Assembly: GCA_903813345.2 (NCBI GenBank)
Contig: CAIIXF020000001.1
Span: 23,622,001 to 23,686,000, forward strand
DNA from: Owenia fusiformis
Lineage: Eukaryota
DNA: 64,000 nt
Direction of reading: 5' to 3'
The notes under the pieces are model-generated. The model made no database searches. It saw only the letters and a list, made by a program, of their open reading frames with translations, and was not told the origin of the DNA. Within the stretch, counting starts at the first letter, position 1; each line of letters opens with the position of its first letter. Shown here one piece after another: positions 37,886 to 51,465 of this stretch. The translations under genes and the position numbers were made by a program.

Positions 37886-39613
37886 TCCCCATGATGATAA
37901 AAATCAATCGAACAATTCGAAAAATTATGAATGGGGACCCCATGTCAACAATTTCAAAATGTTAAACCTATCTACTCAAAAGAGGATCTTCTTTTTCTGA
38001 TTTTTATTGCATGAAAAGATTATTTAACAAAGGGTCAAATACTTCTTTAAGTAGAATGGTATTGGAAGTCTAGTTTTGATATCAATTTTCGGCGATGACC
38101 AAAATTATGCTGAAAACAATGGATAGCATGAAATGGGATATGTGGTTTTTATTAAAAGCGCATTTCAATACCCATTCCCCTTTCAGAAATTGTTTATATA
38201 ATGTAGAAAGAAACGTTTGATTTGTTTAAATTGAGAAAAACAAGATCTTCTTTATTTGGAAAATAAGCCTAACATTTTTAAAAAAGTGCAGAAAAAAACA
38301 TTCGAAACATTTTAATCCTATGGTAATATCATGGATATAACCAGTCTCACATATGCATATGTACACCGGCTGGTGTTAGTTGTGTCCCGACTTGTGTTTT
38401 TTATTGACATCTGGGAGGATAAGCTACAACTTGCAATATTGTACGTGAACGTGTAATATTGTGACCTCAATGATTTCTGCTTCTCAAATTATCTTCCCAG
38501 GGACCGAACAATTATATTTTTCCTTAAACCTTTATGCTCAGATGTGCGAATACATACTAAGAACGGGACAACCAATCCCCAAAGAAACAGTTTTACACGA
38601 TCACAGACAAATTCCCATGAAAATGTGTAGCTTAACCTCTCGGCAATTTTACCCGAGTTTCTCGCTATTACGCCTCTTGGGCGTCTCGTATGTGGATTTA
38701 TTTGTGAGCCCTCATGCCCATGGACCTTTAAAAGAGGGAAATACTGACTTCATCATCAAGCCGCGGAAATACCACCAGTCCTCGGTGGGCGCATTCAATA
38801 CATGTATGGCTCATGTCGATGAAAGGAAATGTTCAGTATTATCATTTGTAAATGACATGCTAATTGAAGTATAAAGTATAAAAATATAACTAAAGATTAT
38901 AAAGAAAATACAAACATTTCAATACAATGTGGGAAAGTAACGCTGCGATGTATCGGACAATTTGTAAATTAGAAGAGGAGCCAAGAGCCCCCCCCCCCCT
39001 TGGTCGGGCCCAGTAAATTTTAGTAGGGCCTCAATAATAGTGGGCCTCTTGGGCATTACTTGGCCTTTTTTAGGCCAAATTATCAAAAATGGGCCTTAAA
39101 TCTCAAAAAAATACCGCGCAAAGTTAGTATTTTTGAATTTTCAACTTTGAAATTCTGTTAAAAGGTATTTTTGTAAAGATGGCTGAGATTGAAGAATGTG
39201 GGAATTTGTTCCCCGGACAGTTTGTCCCATGCTACTACTGGGTTTGATTTAAATTCACATTGAATTATATGATATATTTGTCTCGTGAGACGAATGTGTC
39301 CAGATGACGAGGATAGTGTTAGAGATAACTGTTGGTCTCAAGTGATGTTGTAGTTGACATGTTCAAGAGACTGTTGAAGCCCATGGCTAAATACTGTCAA
39401 TAACATTACACCTCGCGTTGGATTGATTAATTATTCGAGGCAGATTTTTATCAGTAACCGAATTTATCGCCTACGTTTATAAAGATGAGTGTTGAACCAT
39501 TTGGGCCTGCCCCAGATCCTATTTAACTGCATACTGAGTTTGATGGGCGTTCAATCAATAATAGCCAATGGGAGACTAACATTTAGGTAACTATGATGAA
39601 TAAAAATAGTAGG

Positions 39614-40084
39614 CAGGGGCGTCGGAAGGATTTGCCAAGGGAGGGGGCGATTTTTGGGTCTGGATGGGTCATGCGTGAAGAGCACCGCACGCGAAGCTCA
39701 ATCTAGGGGATCGGGGGTATGCCCCCCGGCAGAAATTTTTCAAATTTAAACCCTCTCTGGTTCATTCTGAACATATCTCAACAAAACATTCCCAATAAAA
39801 AAACAAGAAAAAATGTGTCACATAGAAAACTAACTTGACTTTGACGAAAAAAACTTACCATGGGCTTTCAAGCCCATGCTTTTACAGTATACATTTTGCA
39901 CTAAGTATTCTTCAAAGCATGGACTTTCGGTATAGAATTATGTATAATATATGCTGGATGTAGACTATATCAACTGACATAGTATCGATTCATCTACTTT
40001 GACTTTAATAAGCTAGAGCTCTCGGTTTAAATCTAAAAAATCTGGGAAGGGGGGGGGGGCTCCCCGGGCTTTCCGACACCAATG
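39614..40084. mobile_element. MITE with 5-bp TSD and G/C-run subtermini
   Basis: GTAGG|CAGGGGCGTCGGAA ... TTCCGACACCAATG|GTAGG. Confidence 0.78.
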
Positions 40085-40139
40085 GTAGGCTGACTAATGG
40101 TAGGTTACCAGTTATCCCGTTCCAGACTATAACTATAGT

Positions 40140-40734
40140 CTATGGCGGATCCAGGGGGGGGGGGCATGGGGCCCGGGCCCCCCCCTAAGGTTGGCCCAGA
40201 AAAAAAAAGTTGGGCCCAAAAAAATTTTTGGCCAAAAAAGGCCTTAACCTCTTGAATCCCAGGCTCTAAAATTGGCATGAAACCAGAGAATTTTTCATTT
40301 TTTGCCACCTTTTGACATTTTATTACACAACTTTAGATGCTCAGCTTAGTAAAATTGGACGGCAGAGATCATTTCTACACGTTTTAAAACAATGTTTGTG
40401 TAAAGTGGATGAAAATTGTTCAAATGAGAGCAATTTTTGTGAAAAATTTTGTGACGGATTTTCTCGTCCCTCTGGGCACCAATCTTATTTCATTTGTGAC
40501 GGATATATCCGTCACTCTGGGTATTCAGGAGGTTAAGGCCCCAAAAAGTGGGCCTTTTGGTCATTATTGGGCCTTCTAAGGCCTTATTTTTTTATTTTAG
40601 GCTAAATTTTGAAGAAAATGGGCCTCAAATTTTCAAAATCTGGGCCCACTTTTCGGTTTTAGGGGCGGAACTTTTTTCGCTGATCTCAAATTTGGGCCCC
40701 CCCCCCCCCCTGATGGTTCCTGGATCCGCCACTG
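40140..40734. mobile_element. TGGCGGATCCAGG-family MITE with 5-bp TSD, interrupted by a piggyBac-like MITE
   Basis: ATAGT|CTATGGCGGATCCAGG ... CCTGGATCCGCCACTG|ATAGT, with a GGGCCC-rich interior. Confidence 0.82.
40248..40532. mobile_element. piggyBac-like MITE (copy 2, nested)
   Basis: TTAA|CCTCTTGAATCCCAG ... CTGGGTATTCAGGAGG|TTAA. Confidence 0.87.
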
Positions 40735-41033
40735 ATAGTCATGGAACGGGATAAGTTACCAGTATTGCATACATTGTTCACGACTTGCCAAGGACACACG
40801 CATGAACTTATTTTGCACTTTACTCCATCAAAATGTTGATACAAATATTTCTGTGGTTTCAATATCCTTGCTGACGGCACAACCAATAGGAAACACAATC
40901 GTCTATATCAGTTTCGTTCAGTGTGCATTTTACGGCGACACCTACCGGTAGATTAACCGAAACAAAGTAAAATGAATAAATAAATACGGTACAGTTTCAG
41001 TAGATCTATGGACTAACGCGTCGTTGATAAAGC

Positions 41034-41954
41034 ATGATACGTGTCATCATGGATGATAATGTATCGGGGCAGATGATCCATGAAAGATTCGATGAAGAAA
41101 TGACTTTGAAAGGGAATATTTCTGATATTTCTGGTGGCGATGAAAAACAGGACCAAAACCCAAGTGAAGAGGCTCACAATGGGGGTTCAGAAGAGGCCCG
41201 TGATGGGGACATAAACAATGACTCTTTAGAGGACAATAACCGCAAAAAGCGACATCGTAGAAAACATAAAGCTGGCAAACATCACAGCAAAAGGAAGTGG
41301 AAGCCATATGACCAGCTGTCATGGGAGGAAAGGCGAGAATTAGATGAAAAAGAGTCAAAAAGAGCCTGTGTGAAAAGAGAGGAGAGATTTGCAAGTGGTC
41401 ATGCATTGGCTCCTTACAACACTACACAATTTCTTATGGAAGATCATAAGGAAGTAATTCCTGATGGTGCAACCAATGACAATACGAATGCTATCAAGTC
41501 ACCAGTGAAAGATGCAGACATGTCGGGAAGTGACGAAGAAGTGTCAGGTCATGGAGGATCTTTTTACGACTCCCCAGATGACGAAGATGACTTCTTGGAA
41601 AATGACTTTTCACAAGCATACAAAAATGCACACGCAGACCAGCTGCAAGCAATGCCAAAATCTGATTTGGTAAGGGATTATATTGAACTTGAAACTAAGG
41701 TTGAACGAATGGAACGCAGATTGAGAACAATTGAGGAGTCGCAAAATAACAATGTAAAAAATAATGGCCAGATACTCCCATTTAGCAGTTATTCACAGGA
41801 TGTTCAAAAAGACACAAATGATGAAGGAAAAACAGTTTTGAACAATAAACAATTTCTTTCCGAAGAAATTAAACGTCTCAAACAAATCAATGCGATCCTA
41901 CAAAATGAAAACAAGCTACTAAGTTCTAATAAAAAATCATCTAGCAATGATTAA
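41034..41954 (+). CDS. HEXIM1: HEXIM (P-TEFb inhibitor, 7SK-binding), intronless
   Basis: Single 306-aa ORF (alternative start at 41049). It has a basic RNA-binding region KKRHRRKHKAGKHHSKRKWKPY, the diagnostic APYNTTQFLM motif, an acidic region and the cyclin T-binding coiled coil DFSQAY..AHADQLQAMPKSDLVRDYIELE. Confidence 0.96.
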   Translation: MIRVIMDDNVSGQMIHERFDEEMTLKGNISDISGGDEKQDQNPSEEAHNGGSEEARDGDINNDSLEDNNRKKRHRRKHKAGKHHSKRKWKPYDQLSWEERRELDEKESKRACVKREERFASGHALAPYNTTQFLMEDHKEVIPDGATNDNTNAIKSPVKDADMSGSDEEVSGHGGSFYDSPDDEDDFLENDFSQAYKNAHADQLQAMPKSDLVRDYIELETKVERMERRLRTIEESQNNNVKNNGQILPFSSYSQDVQKDTNDEGKTVLNNKQFLSEEIKRLKQINAILQNENKLLSSNKKSSSND

Positions 41955-43316
41955 TAGTTTTCTAAAACAGAGACATCTATTCAATGGCATCAAAACTATT
42001 TTGATCATTATTGAATTTTTACTGTTGTTTATCATCCGGGATGAAATGGAATAAGATTTTAGAGCTGTATAGCAATATCATTTTTATTCCATTTGATAAA
42101 AGCAGTGGGTTATTTGTCAAACATTATATCAAAACTGAAGAAGTATTCCCGGTACTATTTTACACTTTAAGCCAAGTATTTAGGACAAGTGCCTGATAAA
42201 TTTTAGCAGTATTATTTTTATCTTTTATATAAAAAAAAACAAAATATAAAAATGTCAAATTGTGAAGATTATCTCATGAAGCAAAGTATTGATGCGTCAT
42301 GTATGGCAAATATGCAAATAAGTTGATTGTTCTTATGATATATTGCTAAAATTTAAACCCAAAAATACATGGTTTACAGTTAACTGTATCTTTACTGATT
42401 GGTACTTTTTGATTGATTAATATTAGCTAATATTGGATTATCAATGACTTTTATGCGTCTGTGAATAAACCAGTTGTTATCCCAACAAATGAGGTTCGGT
42501 TGGGATATATTGAAGCCCTCCATCCTTCCGTTAGTCAGTTCATCTGGCTGTCTTGAAAATAACTTGAATATTAGTGGACAGATTTTCCTCATATTTGTTG
42601 GAAAAATTGGTTGATAGTTTTATGCAAAAATTATTTTTAAGATGGCCGCCACTCTAAAAATAGGGGCAAATGTTGTATCATTTTTTTGAAACAGTTTTCA
42701 AAATGGCTGCAACGGCAAACAATTCAAAATGGCTGCCTAGTGCCTAATGTGGTATTTCGCAGTAATTTTCTGATCTCTTCAAAGTATGACTCTATTATAA
42801 TCAAATGGATATCTCATGGTATTGTTTTCTGGTTTATGCATCTGAAAATTCTGGTATAATTCTAATGTATGTCTTTTAATATTGCCAATTTAATCAATGG
42901 TAGAGTAGATAGTAAACATGTGACATATTAATGTGACAATGTGACATATTATACAGATTCATGAGTTCTTGTTCGTTGGGATTTGCTACTCCATGGAGTT
43001 GCCAATTTCTAGTTGTCCCAGTATTGTTCAAATATTAAAAAATGTTCTTGTTTATGGAGCAGCATGTTTATAAAGTATCCTAGGGTGTAAAATAAACTGT
43101 TTGGACATGATCAATTTTACTAAATGTCATTCCTCTGTTGAGGCCATTCTCTATATTCTAATAATATTTATTGTTCTGTGTGGTGAATTGATGATATACT
43201 CCTTTGATTATGAGATTGAAATTTATTAAAATAAAGGTTTGTTGCTCCAAAATGTCTAATGCTGGGATAAGAAAATTAAAAATCAACTTTAAAGAATATG
43301 TGTAACGAGTACATGT

Positions 43317-43434
43317 ATAGTACAAATCAGTAGTTCTCTAGCACAAATGAGTAGTTGTCTAGTACAAATGAGTAGTAGTTCTCTAGTACAAATGAGTAGT
43401 AGTTCTCTAGTACAAATGAGTAGTAGTTTTCTAG
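43317..43434. repeat. Tandem repeat of 21-24 bp, about 5 copies
   Basis: Unit TAGTACAAATGAGTAGTAGTTCTC. Confidence 0.85.
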
Positions 43435-45853
43435 TTGCTGATTCAGACCAGCCGATGTTCAGATAAATGTGTAAAAGCAACCAATGGTTTTGTGTGGGTT
43501 GAAAAATCCATAAAAAGTAAGGCATATATGAAATCCAATACCATCATCCTGGAGTTTTATGAATGAAATTGAAAAAGTAATTGGAATTCATAACATGCGT
43601 ATATTTAGAGTCAAACAGTCATGACATTTGAATATTGAACAGTGTGGTAGCTCCATGAGACTATTATTATTATAAATGGGTGAATTTGGATTTCAATTTG
43701 TTTCACTATGAACTTGGAGTACAATAGCATTATAAAAAATGATTGGGTTTTTAACCTGAAACTGTTGGTAGCTTTTACTGTTGTATAAAATCTATATCCT
43801 TCCTTATATGGCATTTTCAGCATTGTTTTGAAATTGTAATACTTACAATTCAATTTACAGTCAACACATGAAAAATGTTACATTTTCATGCAGTATTGCT
43901 ATTAATACCGTTGCATTATGATTTACATGTTAAAATATAAGCTTGAAATTAATATCAAAATATTGTTGAATGTTTTTTGGTGAATTTTTTTTAAAGGTTT
44001 TGTTTGGCCTTGTGTTTGTTTACTGTACTGTTTAACATACACAGACTGATGCTAGTGATACTAGAGAGCAGTAATAGTGAATTAAATGTTGGTGAAGTCA
44101 TTAATCAATTTGGCACATATGTTTAAAGGGCTAAGGATCAACAAACTATTGGATATAACAATCAAAAAGTGTTAATTTAGTTATTTGATCCATTTAATGT
44201 AACATTTGGTGATTTCGAATTACTTAAAAGTAATGATTTAGCATTGGTAGGGCTATATATTTTAATAATTGAGAAGTCATCTATTATTTCATATTCAGTT
44301 CTGATGTGAGACAATCAATGTTAATTTCAGTAATATATTGCATTTTTTGCAAGGACACCAATTTTTTACACCTCCCCTATTTTCTATTTGCAAAAAATCA
44401 AAATTAAACCAATCTTGGGGTCAGGGAAGTACCCTTTCAATAATTTTACCAGGATATTATCCCTGTTTTATTTACATATTGATCTCTTGAATTGTTGATG
44501 TGGAGCCCTGGTAAGTAACCCTTATCTCTGTCAGCTTATTCACAGATAAACACCCCTGCCTGGTAAATACTGCAAGTCGGGTCATGTTTGCAAACAAACC
44601 TACTAACCGGGTACAGTATGTTATTGATACTTCGACCTCTTGTTTGACTCATGCTTGTGTTTGTTTATAAACATTTGATGTAGGCCTTACAGTTTTGTTC
44701 AAAGGCCTGTCTCAATTTTGGTGATCTTCCACAAGATTTGGATTGTGTACTTGTGTGCAGTACTACTACACAGTTCTGCATACAGACCTTGAAGAGTACT
44801 CAGATGTAAGCTTATTATTGATAAGAAAGGTTAGGTTCAAGATTGATGACAAAAGTCTAGTTATGGTTCAAATGCACAATACAAATCTACACCAATAATA
44901 TTTAGGCAGATCATAAAATCCTTAAGGTGGGGGGGGGGGGGCAAAAGTATTTTTAATTTTGGATTGAACCAAGAAAAAGTTGTAATGGATGGTTACAAAA
45001 ACATTCCACTTTATGTACATTTGAAAAGTTTGAAAATGACATATCTATTCCATTTATCAAAATATTTCAACTCTAAACTTATTACTATTATAATGTGCAA
45101 ATATCCATTTATTAATGATTTCATTAATTAGACTTGGTAATGATAATCATGAAAATATTTCGCATTCATCATGCAGTTCCACTTTACGCTAACCCTCTCA
45201 TGATCTAAAGGTCCGCCCCTAGATTGTCAGCAGTCATCATGTTCCAGCTTCAGCTGAATTTCTATTTACAAGTTTAGCACTATGTATATTCTACACACAC
45301 CTCCAAAATGATCACTGATTTTATATCCATGGCTGGCCTTGATGGGGGACATCCATTTGGGATAATCATAAGATGACAACATGATAATACAGAAATGAGC
45401 AAATGAGTGAATATTTATTTCTAAAATTAATACAGTTTTCAGTAAGTACAAAAATGTAATTTTCATTGTTCTGGATAAAATGAAAATTCTTTATGCCCCA
45501 GAGTGATTAATACAGTCCCTTTGGGAGTCACCAAATGTTTCAAAAAGAGAACCTTAATGATATATTGTACAATGTCCATAGTTAATTTTCTATCATTGAG
45601 TATGGTGTAAGAAGGCATTTAATGCCACTAGCTTTGGATCTTGAACTTTCAGTCTGCCATTCGCTCGGAGATTGTCAGTCTGCCTTTCCTTCATGTATTG
45701 TTCGCATTACAGACATTAAACAATGTCATAGTGTCTGTGTTATTTTTGTTCCCGAGGTAATGATGTTGATACTGTTATGTACATGTTAATGGTCACAATG
45801 ACCAAACGTTAATGTTAATGGTCATAATAACTCCCTCAAACACGTACACTGTA

Positions 45854-46046
45854 CACTGGCGGATCCAGGGGGGGGGGGCAAATTTTGTAGCGCCTCAAAA
45901 AAATGGGCCTTTTGGTCATTATTTTTCAAATTTGGGCCCAAATTTTGGTTATAGGGGCCCAAAGCTTTTTTCCCCGTGAGTGCAGAAATTTTTTTCCTCA
46001 CTCTAAATTTGGGCCCCGCCCTGGTTAGCTTCTGGATCCACCAGTG
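45854..46046. mobile_element. TGGCGGATCCAGG-family MITE with 5-bp TSD
   Basis: CTGTA|CACTGGCGGATCCAG ... CTGGATCCACCAGTG|CTGTA. Confidence 0.82.
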
Positions 46047-49000
46047 CTGTACATTCGGATCCATCTTTCAACTCATAACTTCTGAAGTTATGATAATGGC
46101 ATACAAATGTATTTTCCAATAATTGCTATTACAGGATCATATCAATAACAAATTCTATGAAGCTTGATATAACTAGATGATTCTTCCATTATATACTATT
46201 TCTACCCTGGTGTTCATTGCACACAAAGGCATAGGAGGCGTATGTGGTGTAGATTACCAGCCAAGATGACATTTATGTTTTACTGCCCTGCATGTTGTGA
46301 TCAGTGTGTTGTTTCACTGATATACCTTTATACTGTCAGTGTTAGACTATGCATAGACTAAGAACAGACCAATATTGTTTGCTCTCAGTCTTTTCTTTCA
46401 TTATAAACTGTTTTGCTAATATTGCCTGGATGGAGGTACTGTTCACGTGCGATGTTCAATGATTCCATCCGAGACAGATTATTTTGTGGGTTCTGTCATG
46501 TCTGTTGTATGGATTCTTTTTACACTGAAGAGTTAATGATTCACACTATGAGTTATTAAAGATGACATGAATGATGAAACAATAAAATTAAAAATTAAAT
46601 TCTTCATGGATTTATTAAAATGAAAATATTGTTTCCTCAGCATTTGAAATTCAACTAGGACTTCATTAACATAATTATTTTGTTTACAGAACATTTTTTT
46701 AACAGCTGTCTCACTAGTGTTGTACGCTACATGATACATGTGCAGTGACCTAGTAACACTGATCAACAGTTTTTGTGGTGAAGATTGTGTATGCTTTGGA
46801 AGTTTTCATCTGATATACCATGGTCTGAGATTGTTTATGTTTTGGAAGTTTTCATCTGACATACCCTTCGCCCTTCAGGCATTGAATGGTATTCAGTGAA
46901 GAAACCTTGTTTATGCTTATGTATTTATGTTATAACTAGGTGAACTTTTATCCTCAAGTCAATATAAGGTTATTATTTAGGAAGCCCCCCCCCATAAGAC
47001 AAATGCACTTCTATGTTTTAAATATTAATTTGCTGTATGTATTTTGCTTAATATGTTTTTTAATAATAGACTTCTTGCTTAAAAGCTTAATGAAAAAGTG
47101 TTACTTTCCACCATTTACAAATAAAAGTTTAATTTTTGTTTCCAAATACTTTCATAGAACCATTCAGAAGTTTGGGTAGTTACATGATTCTAATCAATTC
47201 AATTCCATGTAATGCAAATTTTCAATTTCATAGCATTTTAATAGTTTTGCCCTGCCCCTGTAAGTCCTTGATGTAAAACACATGATGCACAACCACTTGC
47301 TTCACACATGTCATAGAATGCTCTTTGTACACAGGGAAAACCATGCAGATTCAACCATAATTAAGAGTTATTTAAAAATTAGTGTTACAAATTTGGGGTC
47401 ACCCTGTGTATGACACCATTTAAATGTGGTAGTATTGTATTTTCAGAATGAGAATATATGACTTTAATGTTTCCAAAACCTTTTTGAATTTGCATGATAT
47501 TTATGAAAAGTTTCACATATCCTGATTACACTGAATAAGACTTCAAATCATTCTATAACATTTTTATCCTCTGTATTGCTACTGAGAATGTCCCCTCCGT
47601 ATCAATATTTTCTGTATTGCGACGGAGATGATCAATGGGAGCAATCTCAGTAGCAATACGGATTGATACAGCGCAAGAACTGACCAATCAAAATGCTTCA
47701 TTTTACAGATCATACGATAATATATTATATTGAAGAATTATACAAACATGATTAAAAAGCCAATAATTGATATTAATATCAACTCATTGATGAAAATACC
47801 ATTCAAAATTAGAAGATATTTTTTTGTCATATGACAGTATTGTGGATTTATTTTTGTCAAGATTACTGATACTTGCAAGTCATATTTTTACATTTATAGA
47901 TTTAGAGACTGGTACTCTAATTTGGCATACATTGAGATATGGGAAAATAACATTGCAAGTTTGCTAGATTGTATCATTACCATTTGGTCATAAATCATTA
48001 GCTATAGCACTAAATACAGATGTAGAATTATAAAACAATATGATACAATTAACAATGATTTCAACCAGTGACTGAACACTGCAGAAAGATGTGCTGTAGA
48101 TATAACAATGTATGAAAAAAGCAATTACTACATAAAGCAGAAGATATACGATTTTATTAACTACAGGTTCTGGGTCATAATACAATGATCCCTTATTATT
48201 GTGGGGGATTACATCAATGCATTCCCATTATGTTATCATTGTAGGATAACTAATAAATGTGGAGAATCTGTAATATGAACTATTGTTATGAAGAGTGCAT
48301 AATGAATGGAATGCTACATTCAAATAAACAGAGTTTTAAAGTTTCTTACATTGTCTTATGAGCCAATTTATTATGTTCAAATTCCCGCGTTTAGGAAATC
48401 ACTCAAAAACCCTCCTTGCCCATCACTTTTGGTTGTGACATAAATATGAAGCAAAATCCATTAGATGCTTTACTTGGTCTTAATTAACATAATAGAAATT
48501 TAAAAAAATAAAATTCCAAGCAATTTTCACATGACTGTGAGGATACGCTAGTAATGATTCTAAGTACAGTGTATCTAATAAGAAACTTATATACTGTCTA
48601 ATATAACTTTTGTTTCCATTTCTCTCCACACTGTCAATGATTTATTAGTAAAACGGTGGTATAAACGGATCTTATTCAGTGGCATGTTGTCCCAGACCGG
48701 ATCTGGTTGGTATCCATGATATTGGAGCACTTTAATATCATAGCTGGATATTAAGCTAATAGTAACATTATAATTCTGCTTTTGTTTTGTCTGGATTTAA
48801 ATCCTTATACATGTACATGTTGTATGTTTAGTTTCCTTTGTGTATGTATAATTTATTTACCTCTAAATAAAAGAGAGTTACAAGCTAACTTACTATTTTC
48901 AATATTCTGTTCTGCCAATTTTTAAATGGTCATGATGACCTGGAAAATGCCCATATTTGGGATCAGCATGCCTAAAAGCTATTTAGTGATATAAATAACA

Positions 49001-50041
49001 AAACAATACCACATATTTAAAGTTTATACTTTATATTTATGCAAATTGTACATATTGAACAACTTTCTTCATGATACAGATGGAAGTCACGTAGGACTTA
49101 CATTTATCCTCTAATTTTTATTTTGATACATTTTTTTCACAAAAGATGTGTGGCATTCTAAAATGTCATTTAAAAAAGTAAATACATATAAACTGGCTGA
49201 GTCAGCTATGTTTCCTCAGTTAATATAGCCCTTGCCCGCCCCTCTGTACAATCACTCTGGTTCAAAATATGTTCCATAACCTATGTTTTAGTTTCTAATG
49301 CTGACCCCGAAATAAAAAAACGTATTTGCAACATCAACAGCCTCACATACAAATCTTCTATTCTGTAAATGCAAGTAATGAAAGATGCGTTTGCTTTTCA
49401 AAAGTTATTGGTTGTTTTGGATTTTGAATGTTTTGGATGTTAGTGTATTGTAAGAAACTGAGCTGCTTTAATTTGAAAATACTCCGTTCATTAGCGAAAT
49501 GTGAAACACTGTTTCTGATAAAGTTAGGGTTACCATACAGAACATCTAGATGTATGTACTTGTCTAGTATGTTGGTGATATATTTGTTGCGATGATATAG
49601 CAAAATACATTGATGATTTGTTTTTCAAACTTCCTCAAGTACTCAAGAACTTATTCAAAAAGGTTATACAATACTATTATAACTTATGATACTAATATAT
49701 TTAATGTCCTGCAATGAATACATTGTATAATACTCATTGTATATTCATTATTGTAGTGTAAATCGAGCAGGAAGGCACAAACACTAAGTTCAGATATCAA
49801 TGAACTTTCACAGATTATACAAAATCTATAAAATATTGTAAACAACTTGGCATACCAGTTTTGTGTTGTAGACTGTACTAGTTTACTGAACTAGTTTACA
49901 ATACATATACTAGTTTACTTATTTTGTATTGGAGACCACTATATATATATGTATACATACATGTACGCGCAAGTTCATTTAAAGATGATCAGATAGGCTG
50001 TTGTAGCTACTTCATTGTTGAAGGCCTTGTCAAACAATAAG

Positions 50042-50074
50042 CAAACAAACAAACAAACAAACAAACAAACAAAC
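50042..50074. repeat. (CAAA)n microsatellite
   Basis: About 8 perfect units. Confidence 0.9.
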
Positions 50075-51272
50075 ATGTTATTATTATCTCATCAAGGCAC
50101 ATTTTGCATAATTCATTTTTTTCAGTTTTTGAATTACAGTAAAACCGGAACCTGGACACCTTTTGTGTTAATAAAGGTGATTAGATTGAGCTAGAAGATT
50201 GAATCATACTTTTTTTTATCTCATTTTGGGCTAATCTGTTTATGATCAAAATCACATTTCCTAGGAATTTTCCAAACCCCAATAAGATGGGTGGATACTG
50301 GAAATATCCTATATCCCATACTTTACAATTCAAATTAATGTAAATGTATTGTATTTAAACGTGAAATATTAATCATCACAGGATATGCAGACAAATGAAG
50401 AAAGTAGAACACAACAGCTTCATAATCAGAGCATTTGAAAGTGCATTACTATATTAACTTAATGTAAAATAAAATGAACCTCCTTGAGTGGACACGTCCT
50501 TAGGGGTATTTATTTCCACGTATACTTATACTTACTTATTTCCACTTCCACAGGTTTTACGGTATACATATATAAATATGGAACACTTTTTGAGATGCAA
50601 AGGTTTTACTGTAATTCATTTTTTATGTTCATAAATATTATACGGGATCAAGGAAGCATTCATTTAAGATTATAGACATTGGATATTAGAGGTAGTTTAG
50701 CTTTTACAACAATGGTTTGATGAATGTTTTTAGGACATATACATTTTTCCACTTTAATAAAAATGTTTTTTAAGGCACCAACCTTTTTGCCTGATTTTAG
50801 AACAAAATTGTGTCATGAACATTTTAATATAAAATCATATATGTTCTTCATCGTTAAGTTATTTTCAGGCTTATACATATATATATATAACCACCTTGAA
50901 TTCATGAATTTGTTTTGCATGGCAAAAATGTAATATCGCGTCTAACAGCAATTGCCTTACATGCTTTACTTACATACTGAGTAATAGTTGAGCTAAGTAT
51001 TCCTGTATTTAGCACTAATATATACATAATACTAGTCTATGGAGACTTTGACAATCTACATTACAATATTTCATTAAAGTAATTCATCATTATTATAATA
51101 CTTCATACATGGCACTTCATCATGCACAGCAACAAGTGACTTTCAAATATCTGGCACAAAAATAATTCTTACGATATATGGGTGAAGTAAGACTGCATGT
51201 ATGTTGCGAAGTAAACATAGCAGATGTAGTGTAACACAAAGTTAATTTATCCATTAGGATTTTAAAAGAGTA

Positions 51273-51465
51273 CAGTTAAACTTGTCTGATGGAGCTCCTC
51301 TTTGTAAGGAACACCTCTCTATATGGAACCGATTTCAAAAGTACCAGTTCTGGGAGTCCCATTGACTTGCATGTTAGTGAAGCCTCTTTGAAAGTAATTG
51401 TTCTCTTGAAGGAACCATACTTCAAGTACACTACAAGGGGTGTTCCATATACTCAGGTTTAACTG
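51273..51465. mobile_element. pogo/Tigger-like MITE
   Basis: TA|CAGTTAAAC ... GTTTAACTG|TA. Confidence 0.6.

Noticed and set aside
42477..42800. Helentron/HINE-like remnant (short hairpin ttatcccaac..gttgggata then ccatccttccgt)
   Set aside because: It resembles such elements, but the ends could not be defined, so it is not listed as a feature.
43289..43525. ORF with RELLLICT repeats
   Set aside because: It is the translation of a 24-bp tandem repeat and has no coding context.
40760..49000. 7SK snRNA gene next to HEXIM
   Set aside because: I found no recognisable 7SK 5' hairpin with paired GATC motifs or Pol III type 3 layout by eye. A covariance-model search would be needed to exclude a divergent copy.
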